From positions 154,318,001 through 154,382,000 of the forward strand of contig OZ024740.1 of NCBI GenBank assembly GCA_964016885.1: 64,000 nt of DNA, read 5' to 3'. Below are positions 36,848 to 51,005 of the stretch, in pieces; position 1 is the stretch's first letter; every line of letters starts with the position of its first letter. The notes under the pieces were generated by a model. It made no database searches, had not been told where the DNA came from, and saw nothing but the letters and a program-made list of their open reading frames with translations. This DNA is from Eledone cirrhosa (Eukaryota). Both the position numbers and the translations under genes were made by a program.

Positions 36848-38908
36848 CTAATAAATACAGTCTTGAATATAGGCTCCACAAAAACCTAGTCACACGAACA
36901 ATCAGAATAAAGATAGGGAGATTGGAGATGGCGAACAAAGATGTGCATGCTGGGGTTGTTAAGCATCTCTGCTAAATGCCAAGGCATAAGCGGATTCAAC
37001 AAGATGAAGATATAATAGATGGCACACAAAAAAAAAAAATGCAAAAGCATAAAAAATATATAAAAAATACAGACAAAAGTTAAAACATAATATAAATTAT
37101 AATAAAGTAATAAAAAATAAAAAATATAAAAATAATGAAGATAATAAAATAAAATAAAATAAAGTAAAATAATTTTAAAAAATTAATAAAATATAATGAA
37201 AAATAATAAAATAAAAATAATAAAATAATAAAAGATAATAAAATAATAAAATAATATAATAATATAATAAAATTCAAAATTCAAAAGAATTAAAAAGATT
37301 TTAAAAATTAAAAAAATTAAAAAATTAAAAAATTAAGCAATTAAAAAAGTAAATCATTTTTTTTTTTATTTTTCATTAAAAAATAAAAATTAAAAAATAA
37401 AAATAAAAAATTTTTCCTTAGAGAAATTCTTTAAAAAAGAAATAAATGCAGAAAGAAGAAAAAAGTTATAAGTTATAAGCACATAGAGAAGCCAAAAGAG
37501 CTCTGGTCCCTAGTAACACGAGTGAGTAGGATCTCGGTAACATATATAAGCGTTAAGAGGTCTTTTTGGTACATCCCGAAAGACCACAGTAATCCGAATC
37601 ACCACCATGATATACATACACAAGGTATATTGGTAGGTACCCGAACTAGGTAGACAATGGGTGCTCACAAGCATATAGGAAGGTATCACAAAAGCACCAG
37701 CCTTACACAAGTAAAATATGGTTATTATATGGTAGGGCTGAGTAATACAAGTAAATAGACAGTCACGGTATAAAAACAAGCTATGCACAAGTAGATCAGG
37801 GTTATTGTAAGATAGAGCTGAAGCTATCTTATTATATTAGTTGCTGTAAAATAACCGGCAAAGTTATTACTCATGCATATTAGCAACACAGGCTAGACCA
37901 ATTGGTTGCATATTTCCCAAATATCCACGGGTTAAACAGAAGTAGTAGGATATTAATTAAACGTAACAATCACATCCAAACCCTTGAAATTACATGCTGG
38001 ATTAATACAACAAATAACTACTCTATGTAAAAAAATCACAGGCCGTACATTAAAAATTGTTCAAGAATCAGTTCCAGATTCAATTCAAACCAAGTCTCCA
38101 TACACCATCTGGTCCCGAACATGTCAATACAATTTCTGGCAACAGCGGCGGCGATCCACGTGGCTAACTAGTCTAAACAAAACAGAAAGGAAAACAACTC
38201 AAGTGCCCAATTCATTAAATCCACCAAATACCTTAGCATGTTTGCTAGGTAGGGTCAAACCCAATTATATATTCAGAGATTAAAGAGAATAAAAACAAAA
38301 ATAAAAATAAAAATACAGCCTACATACCACGTAAATTAATTCTGGCTCAAAATAACATGTTACTTTATTTAGCGCCACTAAGCTTACTGCCCATCAGTTG
38401 ATGACGTTTTAGTTGTCAAAAAATGACGCGGCGTAATTGTGGTAAACAAAAGGGGGATAACTCTAATTTGTCATCTAATAGGTTATTAATTCGGACTATG
38501 ACAAAATAGACAGTAAAAATATAAGATATATATATATACATTTTGAGTATATGTTGGTTGTTTACCGACACCTCAGTATGTAGATTGGAGCACCCGACGA
38601 AGTACGCAGGCTGGTTTATTTACTCCAGAGTAATGTAAAATAATTAAGTCAAATAGGTAAAATTTGGCTTCGTTTATTATAAATTATAGATATACTGCTA
38701 TATATATTTCAACGATAGCCATCATTGGCTGTGACGACTTCAGGCAGTCCGAATTGGTGTGGTAGAGACAGGTACACATGTTGTTTAAGTGTGTTTTACT
38801 CCGTCAATCCTCCGATATGTCCAGCTCCTGGTTGCGTTGTTATTTCTGTGAAGAACTGGAATCATATGTGTGTATATATATATGTATATATATATACGGT
38901 CACCAGTA

Positions 38909-39632
<724 letters not shown>

Positions 39633-39642
39633 AGTAAGTAAG

Positions 39643-39737
39643 ACCCCGACGGCTGAGCTCAAGCCGTTTCGACGGCTAATTCTGTACTGAATGAAAAATC
39701 AGTTCTGGTATTTAAATAGCCGAACTTGTCAAGGGGC
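39643..39737 (-). ncRNA. Type I hammerhead, U3-A8 variant, all three stems intact
   Basis: GCCCC-TTGACAA-G..CGGCTA...TAGCCG.C-GAAAC-GGCT-TGAGCTC-AGCC-GTC-GGGGT. Confidence 0.88.
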
Positions 39738-40061
39738 AATTCCGTATATGGTCAAAGAGATAATCACCAGGATTGGTCATCCCACAAGGTAGTAGTAATT
39801 CAGCGATGGCAAGTTGGTGGGGGAGGTAGCCAAACCTGCCAGTAGGAGAAAAGGGGAGAGGGGGCGGAGTAGACCATTCATGCGTTGGTGGTGCCAGCTA
39901 CAGCTGGGTGTGAGGTCAAATAGGAAGCAGGGGAGGGGGAGGGGGAGGAGGTCAATACGGTAAGTAGAACGATGAAAATGTAAAACTGTAAAAGGTACTG
40001 AGAGAGAAAAGAAATCTAAGCGGAATCTGGTTACTAAGAAATAGGCTGAAGAAATAAATAA

Positions 40062-40355
40062 ATAAGTAAATAAGAAATACATAAATAATATTCCACATAA
40101 GTAAATAAGAAATACAAAAATAATATTCCACATAAGTAAATAAGAAATACATAAAGAATATTCCACATAAGTAAATAAGAAATACATGAATAATATTCGA
40201 CATAAGTAAATAAGAAATACATAAGTAATATTCCACATAAGTAAATAAGAAATACGTAAATAATATTCCACGTAAGTAAATAAGAAATACAAAAGTAATA
40301 TTCCACATAAGTAAATAAGAAATACGTAAATAATATTCCACAAGAAATACATAAG
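40062..40355. repeat. 35-bp tandem repeat in the PLE2 3' UTR
   Basis: About 8 units of AAATAATATTCCACATAAGTAAATAAGAAATACAT, no spacers. Confidence 0.92.
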
Positions 40356-40935
40356 TGAGTAAATAAACAAATAAGTGAGTAAAAGGATGGATAGATAGAT
40401 TTTTTTAAAAATATATATATATATAATGTAGAATAAAAATAATAATAAGAAAACAAATGATAATGATAGAAAAAAAACCTAGGTGTGACGGAGATAAAGG
40501 GACCCTTATGCGGGGTATAAGTGCGTGTATCGTACGGTGACGGGTCAACAGAGGGGGGGGGTCGGAATACTACAGAGACCACCACGAAAAAAAATAATAA
40601 ATGACGGTTTCTACCCCAAACACCGGGCCAGCAACCACCCAGTGCAAGAAAGTAGACTAGTACGAGAATGTAATTCAGGGTCCCGCAAAAAAATACTGGT
40701 GCTAACTCTAAGGGTACCGCCACGAAACAAAATGTCTTATACAAGCTACAAGAAAAGTCGTACGAATTAAAAATAAAGAACGGAAAATTAATACAGGAAA
40801 AAGGGAGAAAAGGGAAAAAGGGAAAAAGAAGAAAGAGATACTGGATCGATAAAAAAAAGTGTAAAGGAAGATCTTACGTCTCCATAGGCAAGCAGGGGTT
40901 ACCCATTACAAGATAGGCAAGTGGGGTGTTATAGG

Positions 40936-42372
40936 CTACCCCCCCCCCGGGTCATTATGGGGTTTGAGGGCGAGGTAAGTCCTACGTAATCGGTGTTTAC
41001 ATGCAGTAACCAGTTCATCTTTCTTGTTAAGGAGTTGGTCCGTCGAAAACAGCATTTGTAATGTTTCCTCCGAGCATAAATTGCACGGACGGCGTCCTCC
41101 CGTGTAAGAGTTGGCTCTGGACAGTAATTTCCAAGTGAGATCATAGTTGATGTTGTTGTCCTTGAGGTCCCATATGTGGCCCGAAAGTGTGGTGGCGTGA
41201 CGCCGGGCCGGGTTTCGGAAGGTATGTCTGTGTTGGTATAGCCGGGTCTTGAAGTCGCATGCGGTCAATCCTATATAAGCTTTGTTGGAGGTGTCCGTGC
41301 TCACGTTGCACTGGTAGATCACATTACGGTCTCTGCATCTGTTGTCGAGGGGGCAACTTGATCTATCAGGACAGTTGCACCTCCTGGTCGGCTCTCCACT
41401 GCTATTTGGGTTGTTTCTTCCATCGGGGTTGAGTTTTTTGTTGTTGGAGGAGACGATGTTTTGTGCGAAGTTAGGTGTAGTGCTGTAAGAGAGTTTGATG
41501 GTATTTTGGTTAATTATGTTGTGGTAGTGGTGTTGTGGTGGGAAGTGTTTTTCCATGAGCCTAAAGAAAATTTTCCCGATGGGAGTTGTCACCTCGGCGT
41601 TGTGGGGAGGATTGAACCATGTTACATTTCGTGAGCGGCGGTGTCGCCTGCTGGTTCCGCTAATGGGAGCTGGACAGTAGGATATTTCCTCCCGGAAACC
41701 GCTCCGCTTGAGGGCCTGGTTGTAGTAAGGCGCGTGTTCATCGAATATCCTCTCATTAGCTGACAAGCGGGATATACGGAGGGAGATGTTTTTGACCAGG
41801 TTGTTGGTGATGTTCCTGGGATGGTTAGATCGGCGGTGGATGTAGTGCAGGTTGTCATTGGGTTTCCTGTATGGGTAGTACAGGTCATTGTTGAGATCGA
41901 GGGTAACGTCCAGGAAATTAACTCGGGTCAGGGACGTCTATAGGGTTATTTTAAATCCCCAGTCGCGGAAGAAGCTGATTAATTGTTTACGGACCCGGTC
42001 TGTACTACTGGGGTTGTACCCTTTAAGGGTAAGGAGCCCATCATCACGGTACAATCCACCACCAAAAGCCGGAAACATATCGGTGAGTTTGGCTATCAGG
42101 AATAATCCTATAAGATCTGTGACCTCCGCCGAGTCGGTAGCGCCCATGCTGACGTCGAAGGGTGAGTCGGGAGCTCTTTTTATCCATTTGGAGTTGTCAA
42201 AGAGTAAGACTGTCTTCCTGGCGTGGAGGATGATTTTTCTTTCCTGGTCGGTGATGGGCACAAGTGCTTCGGCGAAGTCCAAGGCGGCAGTGAGTAGCGG
42301 TAAGGTGATTGAAGCGTAGTAGCTCTCTATGTGGAACTGGATAAATTTAGTGTCTCGTTTATCCTCCAAATT
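40936..42372 (-). pseudogene. PLE2 RT plus GIY-YIG ORF, single nonsense mutation
   Basis: FDVSMGATDSAEV, YRDDG, TAG at 41938-41940 then in-frame VNFLDVTL, SNHP, WFNPP, CNC..CPL..C, VIYQ, YIGLT, CNLC. Confidence 0.93.
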
Positions 42373-42373
42373 G

Positions 42374-42463
42374 CTGACAAGTTCGGCTATTTAAATACCA
42401 GAACTGATTTTTCATTCAGTACAGAATTAGCCGTCGAAACGGCTTGAGCTCAGCCGTCGGGGT
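42374..42463 (+). ncRNA. Truncated mirror copy of the PLE2 hammerhead, lacking the stem I 5' strand
   Basis: The inversion junction falls at the first core nucleotide (C|TGACAA). Confidence 0.75.
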
Positions 42464-42724
42464 CTTACTTACTCCTATTACCCACTCTACTACCCTAAGT
42501 ATTGAGTACTTTGGTGCGTTATGATCCACCTGGTTCCTTACCACTTTTCCCTCGCTATATATATATATATATATATATATAGTGGTAGAACACTGGAAGG
42601 TAATATACGTAGTGGTAGAGCACTCAGTCCATGGGACGAGTTAGGTAGAAGAGATTACACAACAGTTAGTTCACCATACCGAGAACAATTGTTTCACCTT
42701 AGCGGATCCACAGCTCGTAATAGA

Positions 42725-42948
42725 GATATGTCTGTATAAATACAGGGTGTGTAATCGAGACTGTACCATCATGTATAAATATATACACATATCTTAGATG
42801 AAGGCATGTAAACATGCTAGAAAATACAAATTTTCCTGAAAATTGTAAAAGTTATAAGCATCTTTAGTCGACTTTCCGATCATATTAGATCCTCAACAGA
42901 AGACTTATATATCATCCAATTAACCGCAAGGAAACGTGTATTTGATGG

Positions 42949-42979
<31 letters not shown>

Positions 42980-43330
42980 CCCATTCGCTCTTAGTATTAA
43001 TCTGAAATACTAATGAGCATATAAATGAACGCTTGTGTTGGTAATTAATTAATATATCCAGTAAGACGCGCACTGGCAGCCGAAGTGTATGATGAAGTTA
43101 TATCTGTATAAATACATAGGGTGTAACCGAAACTGCACCAACGTGTATAATATATACTCATATCTAATATGTAGGCATATAAAAATGCAAGAAAATACGA
43201 ATTTCTCTGTAAACTGAAAAAACTGATAAATGCCTACATATTAGATATGTGTATATATTTATACACGTTGGTGCAGTATCGGTTACACACTCTGTATTTA
43301 TACAAATATAACTCATACACTTCGGCTGTT
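42725..43330. repeat. Foldback (arms 43077-43180 and 43229-43328) plus a diverged direct copy at 42725-42860
   Basis: About 100-bp inverted arms readable directly in the sequence. Confidence 0.8.
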
Positions 43331-43354
43331 ATCGTACTTCTTACTATATAACTT

Positions 43355-43461
43355 GATTTCTACTATTGGCACAAGGCCAGCAATTAACCCAGTGCATTAC
43401 TGTTACTTTATTTCATCGACCCCGTAAGGATGAAAGGCAAAGTTAACCTCGGCGGGATTTA
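43355..43461 (-). mobile_element. SINE, 5'-truncated
   Basis: Reverse complement of the SINE core and 3' end. Confidence 0.85.
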
Positions 43462-43616
43462 CCAACACCAGCGCTAATTATATGTAACTTAGTATATCCA
43501 TTTTAGTATAATACTAAGAGCAAATATTTATGTATGGTGCGCCAGCCGGGATTTTACATCTCCCCCTCTCTCTCTCTCTATCTTTATCTCTATCTCTCTC
43601 TATCTATCTACCTATT

Positions 43617-43671
<55 letters not shown>

Positions 43672-43786
43672 GTATATATATATATATATTATTTGACCCT
43701 GACTTGGGAAGTCCGTAAGAAGTTATTATGTTATTATGCCCTAATGTTTTTGCCTTTTTGACCTTAGATACATTATTATTTGTAGT

Positions 43787-43902
43787 TAGCTTTGCCTTTC
43801 ATCCTTACGGGGTTTATAAAATAAAGTAATGCACTGGGGTCGATTTAATCGACTTTTACCTCTTCTAAAATTGTTGGCCTTGTGCCTTAAATCAGAAATC
43901 AG
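43787..43902 (+). mobile_element. SINE 3' fragment
   Basis: TTGCCTTTCATCCTTACGGGG core, GGCCTTGTGCC end. Confidence 0.8.
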
Positions 43903-43914
43903 TATTATTGTTGT

Positions 43915-44410
43915 TGTTGTCATTCGTAACGTTTTTTCTCAAGCAGATGTTAATGCCGACTCTATACCAAAAGAGCAAGCCATAGCCAATACCCAAAGGT
44001 TCTTTGGGTGATTCCTTCTTCAACTTTCTAACACCCTTCTTAGAATCCTTGCTGTTCCTAGCAAGGCTATTTTCTCCAACAATCCCGTCCTGGTGGTAAT
44101 TTGTAGTTTCTCAAGCCATGCCTCCAACCTACTAACTGCTCCCAGTGTGCCAACTCAATCGTTACAACATCTACGTGTTTGATTCTCCATAGTTTCCTGA
44201 TTTCCCTTTTCAGCGCCTGGTATTTCTCCATGTTATCACTTTCCTTCTAATTCTCCCTGTTGTCCCACAGTGAAGCAATGTCAAAAATAATTGCCTTGTT
44301 AATCTTCTTTTCAACGTCAACAATGTCAGGTTTTCTTGCCAACGATAAAATAGTCGTACTGGATGGTCATGCCCCACAAGATCTTATATTGTTCATTTTC
44401 AGCAACCCTT
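43915..44410 (-). mobile_element. Decayed Dong/R4-type RLE 3' fragment
   Basis: ARKPDIVDV, EKYQALKREIRKLW, ALLGTARILRRVLES. Confidence 0.8.
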
Positions 44411-44491
44411 ATTAACATTATTATGGTTGTTGTTGTTGTCGTCGTTGTCGTTGTCGTTGTTGACGTTGTTGTTATTAATATTAAAATCACT

Positions 44492-44709
44492 AGGGAGGTG
44501 GATTGGCAGTATCGGTAGAGCGACGGACAATGTGCTTTGTAGTATAGAGTTACGTCCCTTTACGTTCTGAGTTTAAATCCCACCGAAGTTATCTTTGCCG
44601 TTCATCCTGACAGAGTCGATAAATAAAGCCCCAGTAATGCACTGGGGTGTTGATATGATTGATTTTCCATTCCCCAAAATTGCTGGCCTTGTGCCTATAG
44701 TAGATATCA
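44492..44709 (+). mobile_element. SINE, older longer subfamily
   Basis: A/B-box head, core, extra segment before TTGCTGGCCTTGTGCC. Confidence 0.82.
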
Positions 44710-45203
44710 TTATTAAAAGCACTTGAATGGGTCACATTGAGTAATAAATTGTTATTTTTTAATTATTTTTTAATTATTTTTTAATTATTTACACCTTTCC
44801 CTCTATTTTCTGTGTTGAAATCCTACAAAAGTCAACGTTTGTGTTCCGTCCCTTCCATAGTCGATAGAGTATGTACGGGAGAAATACTGGGTCGATAAAT
44901 TCGGGGTCACTCTTCCAGGATAAGCTATATGTAGTATTGTGCTAATGTTATCGACCCCGTTGTAGTTTTTATTGCTGTTGTTGTTGTTGCATTATGGGTT
45001 TTGTCATATTTGTTGTATTATAGTTGTTGCTACTGATGTTGTTGACGTCAACGTTGAGGGCAATGGAGATTTTCAGGATGATGTCGTTATGACATTTAAG
45101 GATATTATTGTATTTTTAAATATTATTTTACTTGTTTTATTGCATAATAAGATAATTTATTATATTTACATCTCCTCCCACCTCAATATCACACACACAC
45201 ACA

Positions 45204-45335
<132 letters not shown>

Positions 45336-45481
45336 TTCCCTCACTCTCACTTCCTCTTTATCTCTCACTCATTGTCTTTCTCTAACACATTTCTCTTCTC
45401 ATTGTTGGATGTAATACCATGAAATTTTCCATCATATTGACTATATTTTCGTAAAGGGTTAATAAAGAAGCCATCATGAGA

Positions 45482-45531
<50 letters not shown>

Positions 45532-45626
45532 ACTCATCATACTCATCATATCCTTTTTTCATTTGCAGTTGTTGCTATTTACTACTAGGACTACTACTAC
45601 TTCTACAACAACAGCAATAATAATAA

Positions 45627-45810
45627 TTGTTTCTACTTTTGGCACAAGGCCAGCAATTACCCAGTACATTACTGGTACTTATTTTATCGACCCCATAGGG
45701 ATGAAAGGCAAAGTTAACCTCAACGGGATTTGAACTCAGACTGTAAAGGGACGTAACTATGCTAGAAAGCATGGGTCCAACCCTCTACCAATACTGCCAA
45801 TTCACCGCCC

Positions 45811-45811
<1 letters not shown>
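45627..45811 (-). mobile_element. SINE, full length
   Basis: Reverse-complement match to 27783-27969; (TAA)n on both sides. Confidence 0.9.
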
Positions 45812-45842
<31 letters not shown>

Positions 45843-45844
<2 letters not shown>

Positions 45845-46097
45845 CGAAGGGGTCTAACGACTACTTATCGCAAATCCCAGGAAACCCGCGTATAGGAGAA
45901 ATACAAAAGATAGTACTAATGGGAACTGCCCATATACTAAGGAAGATCCTGTCAATATAAGTACATCACAAGTCTAAACACTAAGGATGCATGTGTGAAT
46001 ATGTATGTTCTTTCTTGAACATGGCGGACCTTGTTGTCTCTTGAGGTCACTGGTTGTGACTTGGTGATAACTCGTATGAACATAAAGCAAGATAAAT
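45843..46097 (+). mobile_element. Dong/R4 family A 3' fragment
   Basis: Reverse-complement match to 24800-25040; (TAA)n on both sides. Confidence 0.9.
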
Positions 46098-46098
46098 G

Positions 46099-46136
<38 letters not shown>

Positions 46137-46137
<1 letters not shown>

Positions 46138-46250
46138 GTTTCATTTATTGGCCACAGGGGCTGACATTAGGGAACAATACAATAGACGGGGACAGTGGGG
46201 ATTTTACACAAAAATCGATTAAAAAATAGGAAAACAATAACAATAAACAA
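46137..46250 (-). mobile_element. Tx1-type 3' UTR fragment (third subfamily)
   Basis: Minus strand ends CCCCTGTGGCCAATAAATGAAACC-(ATT)n, resembling the ends of elements A and B. Confidence 0.65.
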
Positions 46251-46467
46251 GAAAAATACATAATATCTATCTATAATTTCTTTTCGTGTCATTTTAATTC
46301 TTTTTGTTTATCATTATCGCCATCATTATCATTATCATCATCACTATCATATCGTCATCATTATCATCATCATTATCATTATCATAATAATTATCTTCAT
46401 CATTATCATATGCATCAACATCATCACTGTCATCATCATCATTATCATTATCATTATTATTTATTTA

Positions 46468-46728
46468 TAAAGTACCAGTAATGCATTGGGTAATTGCTGG
46501 CTTTGTGCCAAAAGTAGAAACAATTATTATTTATATAGGGTGGTCCATTGGCAGTATCGATAGAGGATCGGACGCCATGCTTTGCAGCATAAAGTTAGGG
46601 CCCTTTAAATGTCTGAGTTCAAATCCTGCCGAGATTAGATTTATCTTTCATCTTTACGGAGTAGATAAAATAAAGTACCAGTAATGCACTGGGATATTTG
46701 CTGGCCTTGTGCCAAAAGTAGAAACAAT
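46468..46728 (+). mobile_element. SINE 3' fragment followed by a full SINE (46537-46728)
   Basis: A/B-box head, core, 3' end. Confidence 0.85.
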
Positions 46729-48076
46729 GTTTATTTATATCACTGTCATCATTGTTATGATCACTGTAATCCTTCTCCTTCTTCTTCCTATCCTTCTTCT
46801 CCTCCTCGTCATCATTATCATCATCATCATCATCAACATATCTACTCCCACAACCACCAAATCCTCCGCCGTACATACATACGTGCAGTCTTCCTTTCTA
46901 ACATCCCAGCTATTATTGTTCTTCTTCGTGATATTGCTACACTTGTTGATATTGTTGTTATTGTTGACGTTGCTGTCATTGTTGGCGTTGCGGTTGCTGC
47001 TACTGCGGTGGCGGTTGTTTTTGTTATTGTTGCTTTCTAATTATCGAGCTGACCTCCACATCCCTCCCTTCGCACCTTGCTCCCTACTATTTTCTCCACC
47101 ATCACCAGAACCCTGAATGGCATGATCTCTTTAGTTTTTCTTGTCTCAACTCAGACTGTTAAGCATGATGGATGAGCCAGCGAAAATTGCTTTAGCACTT
47201 CACTTCTATGTGAAATAATCAACACTCTCGCGCCATCACTAACCACTTTCACAGCCACAACTCCGATCACTGCCGCCACTACCGCTACAACCAACACAAC
47301 TATTCCAACAAGTACTATCACCATTCACCACCACCTAAAAGCTATCCCGTCGCCATCCCTGCTACTACTATCGTAACCAGTATAATCACTGCCAAAAATC
47401 ACCATCATTGCTTGCACTATCACCACCATTAATACTATTACACTCAAAGAAACATTATTGCCACCCCAATCACCAAATTTTCCCTTACTACAAACGCTAT
47501 CACAGACATTACTATCACCGCCAACGTTATCATGGCTATCACTAGTACAATCCCTACCTACGGCTGCTAGTATCTTCAATACCAATACTATCCTTGTCAG
47601 ACACTATGACTACCACTACTATAATGTCAATACCACCACCATAATCAATAAATACACAAAAGAAGTGCCATTTCATCCACCGATACACCCTCATAACCAA
47701 CACTATTGCGGCTACTACTATCACCACTTTCAGTACTATCACTGACATAAACCACTGGGAGCGTCTACGAATTCCATTAACTTGTTAGAATTAGTAGTTA
47801 AATCTCTTTAAAATCACGCCCTACTGTTTTCCAGGGAAAGAGAGAAACATTGGATATTATAGTTTAGTTAAAGTATACCTTAAACACGACGAATGATCCA
47901 GGCTTTAACACTTTTGATCGTTTGTCTGTTTAATCAAGGACGTCTTAGGTTTAAGCAACAACGATAATAATTGACTGATCAGTTTTAAAAGACCGATACA
48001 ATGTGGTAGAAATACATAAAGAGCAAATGATGACAAATAAAATAAAACAAAATAATGTTTTACCAAGTGTATGTCA

Positions 48077-48114
48077 ACATAATATTTCAGGGCTCATACA
48101 CCCTTTTCAAATGT
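48077..48114 (-). ncRNA. Minimal hammerhead motif, U3-A8 variant
   Basis: ACAT-TTGAAAA-GGGTGTATGAGCCCT-GAAAT-ATT-ATGT, located 3' of the GIY-YIG remnant. Confidence 0.55.
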
Positions 48115-48851
48115 GAAACAGAAACGGTTCAATATCATCGACGAATGATCTATTCTATGAACTTTGAAAATTGTCAATTTTTATCCTGAAGATCCTAAAC
48201 ATATTTTTAATATACCGTGTTGTGTATTGGAGTGTGCTTTTCTGTCTAATGTCTGTAAGTTATTCCTTTCCGTGGATGTTATTATTTTCTTGTTCCGTTC
48301 GTATGGTTATTGTTGTGCCAGCACTGCTATTTTCGATGGTGTTGCTTACACTTCGAACCAGATTTTAAGCATTAATATATTTTAGCATCTCACTGTGACA
48401 TCACCTAATTATTTTTTCTAATTATACTATAATTATATAGGAATATACCAGAACCATTTATGTCTATTATTGCCCAGTATATATTTATCCTCCCTTATGT
48501 CCCAAATGGTCCATGACCGAGACATTGTGTTTCTTCTGTAAATATTACAGTATGCGTTAACGTGTTTTGTGTATCTGGTTTTGAACGTTCGGCTTGTTGC
48601 TCCTCTGTACATTTGAGATTATATTTCTGTTGTTTTGCAGTACCACTGCCTTATAGAATGAGCATTTTATGTAATTTTACGTTATATGCATGGTTTTGAC
48701 TTGTAGCAGTTGAAGCGCTTCTTCAGCTGCGGACTGTGTATTTCTAGACGTATGTTATTTATAAGTACTAGGCTGCTTAAAGCCTGCAGATCGTAAATTT
48801 TGTTTCTTGCATAGATGGAACAAATGTTTTGTGTTGTTTCTATTAAATAGA

Positions 48852-50191
48852 CTAGCAGAAAAACCACCTTTCGGGTGGTTTTCTGCTAGTATGTGTAGTG
48901 TGTATATTGATATTATACGCAGGTATATACACAGATAGATATGATACATCAAATAAAATCGTAATTGACAATATATAATACATATAAATGGAACGAAGAC
49001 TGCGTTACACTGTCTTATTTAATCAGTAACGTAATCCATGATACATTAAAAAAGACGATATTATATATAAACTGCATTAGGATAAAATTAGTATGTTTAC
49101 TTAAGCGATGGCCAACCGGAAGTGTTGACATTTCAGAAATTTTAAAGAAGTCCCGTGCTCCTTACTTTATTATAGTTTAGATGAGTTTTAAAAAAAAGAG
49201 TTAATAAATAAATAAAACGTTATACTTGTTTTACCCTCCCATTTCCAATTAAACCGAACGCTATCATGACTGTATGTGTGTGTTTGTGTAAATGTATATG
49301 TGTGAATGTATGTATATTTGTGTGAAAGTATGTATGTTTGTGTGAAAGTATGTGTGAATGTATGTATGTTTGTGTAAATGTATATGTGTGAATGTATGTA
49401 TGTTTGTGTGAAAGTGCGTGTGAATGTATGTATATTTGTATGAAAGTATGTGTATTTGTGTGAATTATGTCTGTGAGAGTGTATTTTTATAAGTTTGTGT
49501 TTGCGCGATTATAGTTATATACTCATAATAGTTATATACTCATAATAGTTATATACTCATACATATAGATGTATGTATGTGCACAATCATACGCGTCAGG
49601 TGTAGAAAATCATAATCTCTCTATCTCTCTCATCACAAACTCTCTCTTTCTATATATATGGTAGTTGAAGTGGTGGTGGTGGTGGCGACGATATACCGGA
49701 AGTGTAACTTTGAAAAGAAGTCAATTTGAAATTATTTATTTTTACGAAATTATTTTTGTTTACGAAATTTAGTAGATAAATTATGTAATATTCATTCATT
49801 ATTTATTCACAGCACCATGCTTTCTAGCATAGTTACGTCCCTTTACAGTCTGAGTTCAAATCCCGCCGAGGTTAACTTTGCCTTTCATCCTTACGGGGTC
49901 GATAAAATAAAGTACCAGTAATGTACTGGTTAATTGTTGGCCTTGTGCCTAAAGTAGAAACAATTATTTATTCACAGCAAAGAGTTGCGCCTCTTTATGG
50001 TCTGAGTTCAAATCCCGCCGAGGTTAACTTTGCCTTTCATCCTTAAAGCACCAGTAATACACTGGGATAATTGCTGGCCTTATGCCAAATGTTGAAACAA
50101 TTATTTATTCAAAGTAATCCAACTTATTTTACTAACTGGATTAAAAGAAATAAACCGTACGCAATCCCGCAGACCTTTATTATAGTTTAGA
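48852..50191 (-). mobile_element. Composite non-autonomous Helitron with two 5' termini
   Basis: TCTAAACTATAATAAAG at both 50191 and 49181, one CTAG end at 48852, A|T target. Confidence 0.82.
49814..50100 (+). mobile_element. Two adjacent 5'-truncated SINEs with target duplications
   Basis: ATTATTTATTCACAGC at 49798-49813 and 49963-49978; ATTATTTATTCA again at 50100-50111. Confidence 0.85.
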
Positions 50192-50955
50192 TTGTTGTAT
50201 CTACGGTTAGTGAGGAAGATTTTAGTGATTACGAGGGTTTTTACTGCATTTGTCGCTCCATTTAACTCGAATGGTGGGTTGATGTAGGTAATATAACATC
50301 TTGTTTTGCTTGGTATTTTGAGTGGTTTTGTGCATTCTATATTTTCTTTGAACCAGCTCTCTTTCAGGACTTCATTAGATAATAGTGTCGCTTGGTAGAG
50401 TATTGTTTTGTCGAATGATATTGTAGATATTCTCTGGCCTACATTGCTGACTAGGTTTTTCATTATTGAAGGCAGGTTGTTGGAGTATTTGTTTATATAT
50501 AGTGGGGCATCGATTGCTTTTCTATATGCAAGTTGTTTTTCCTGGTGTTAGGTTTAGCGCGAAAGAAATTTACTATAAGTAAACTGATTTTGGCGGTTAT
50601 TCTATGATCAAACTCTTTGAAAATAATTAATATGTTATTTCCTAGATGTGACACATTTGTATCCGTTCATTCCCAGCTTTTTTCTCTGCAAGCATTACAG
50701 AACTGTCAACTAGTATGTGTTAAGTCAGTTGGTTACACGCACGCGAAGTTGATAACGAATTGCGCAAATGATCAAGTATCCCGAACTTGACATCCATTCC
50801 AGCGTATGCAGCGATTATTAAAGGCTTTACGTCGGGAAAATTCACTTCAATCTGAGTTCAAATCTCGCTGAGGTTGACTTTGCATTTCATATTTTTGTGG
50901 TCAATAAATATAGTATCAACCCAGAGCAGGGATTGATTCTCTCCCCCACATCTCC

Positions 50956-51005
<50 letters not shown>

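Larger units (their letters stand above)
48040..50700 (-). mobile_element. Old PLE split by a Helitron
   Basis: RT C-terminus at 50192-50470 (..YINPPF..RRYNN) resumes at 48851 (LFNRNNTK), then YRGATSRTFKTRYTKH. Confidence 0.75.

Noticed and set aside
38592-38760. CCGACGA core-like word
   Set aside because: No matching GAAA, stem III and NUH downstream.
40062-40355. 35-bp repeats as a CRISPR array
   Set aside because: Units are contiguous with no unique spacers, there are no cas genes, and the context is a eukaryotic retroelement.
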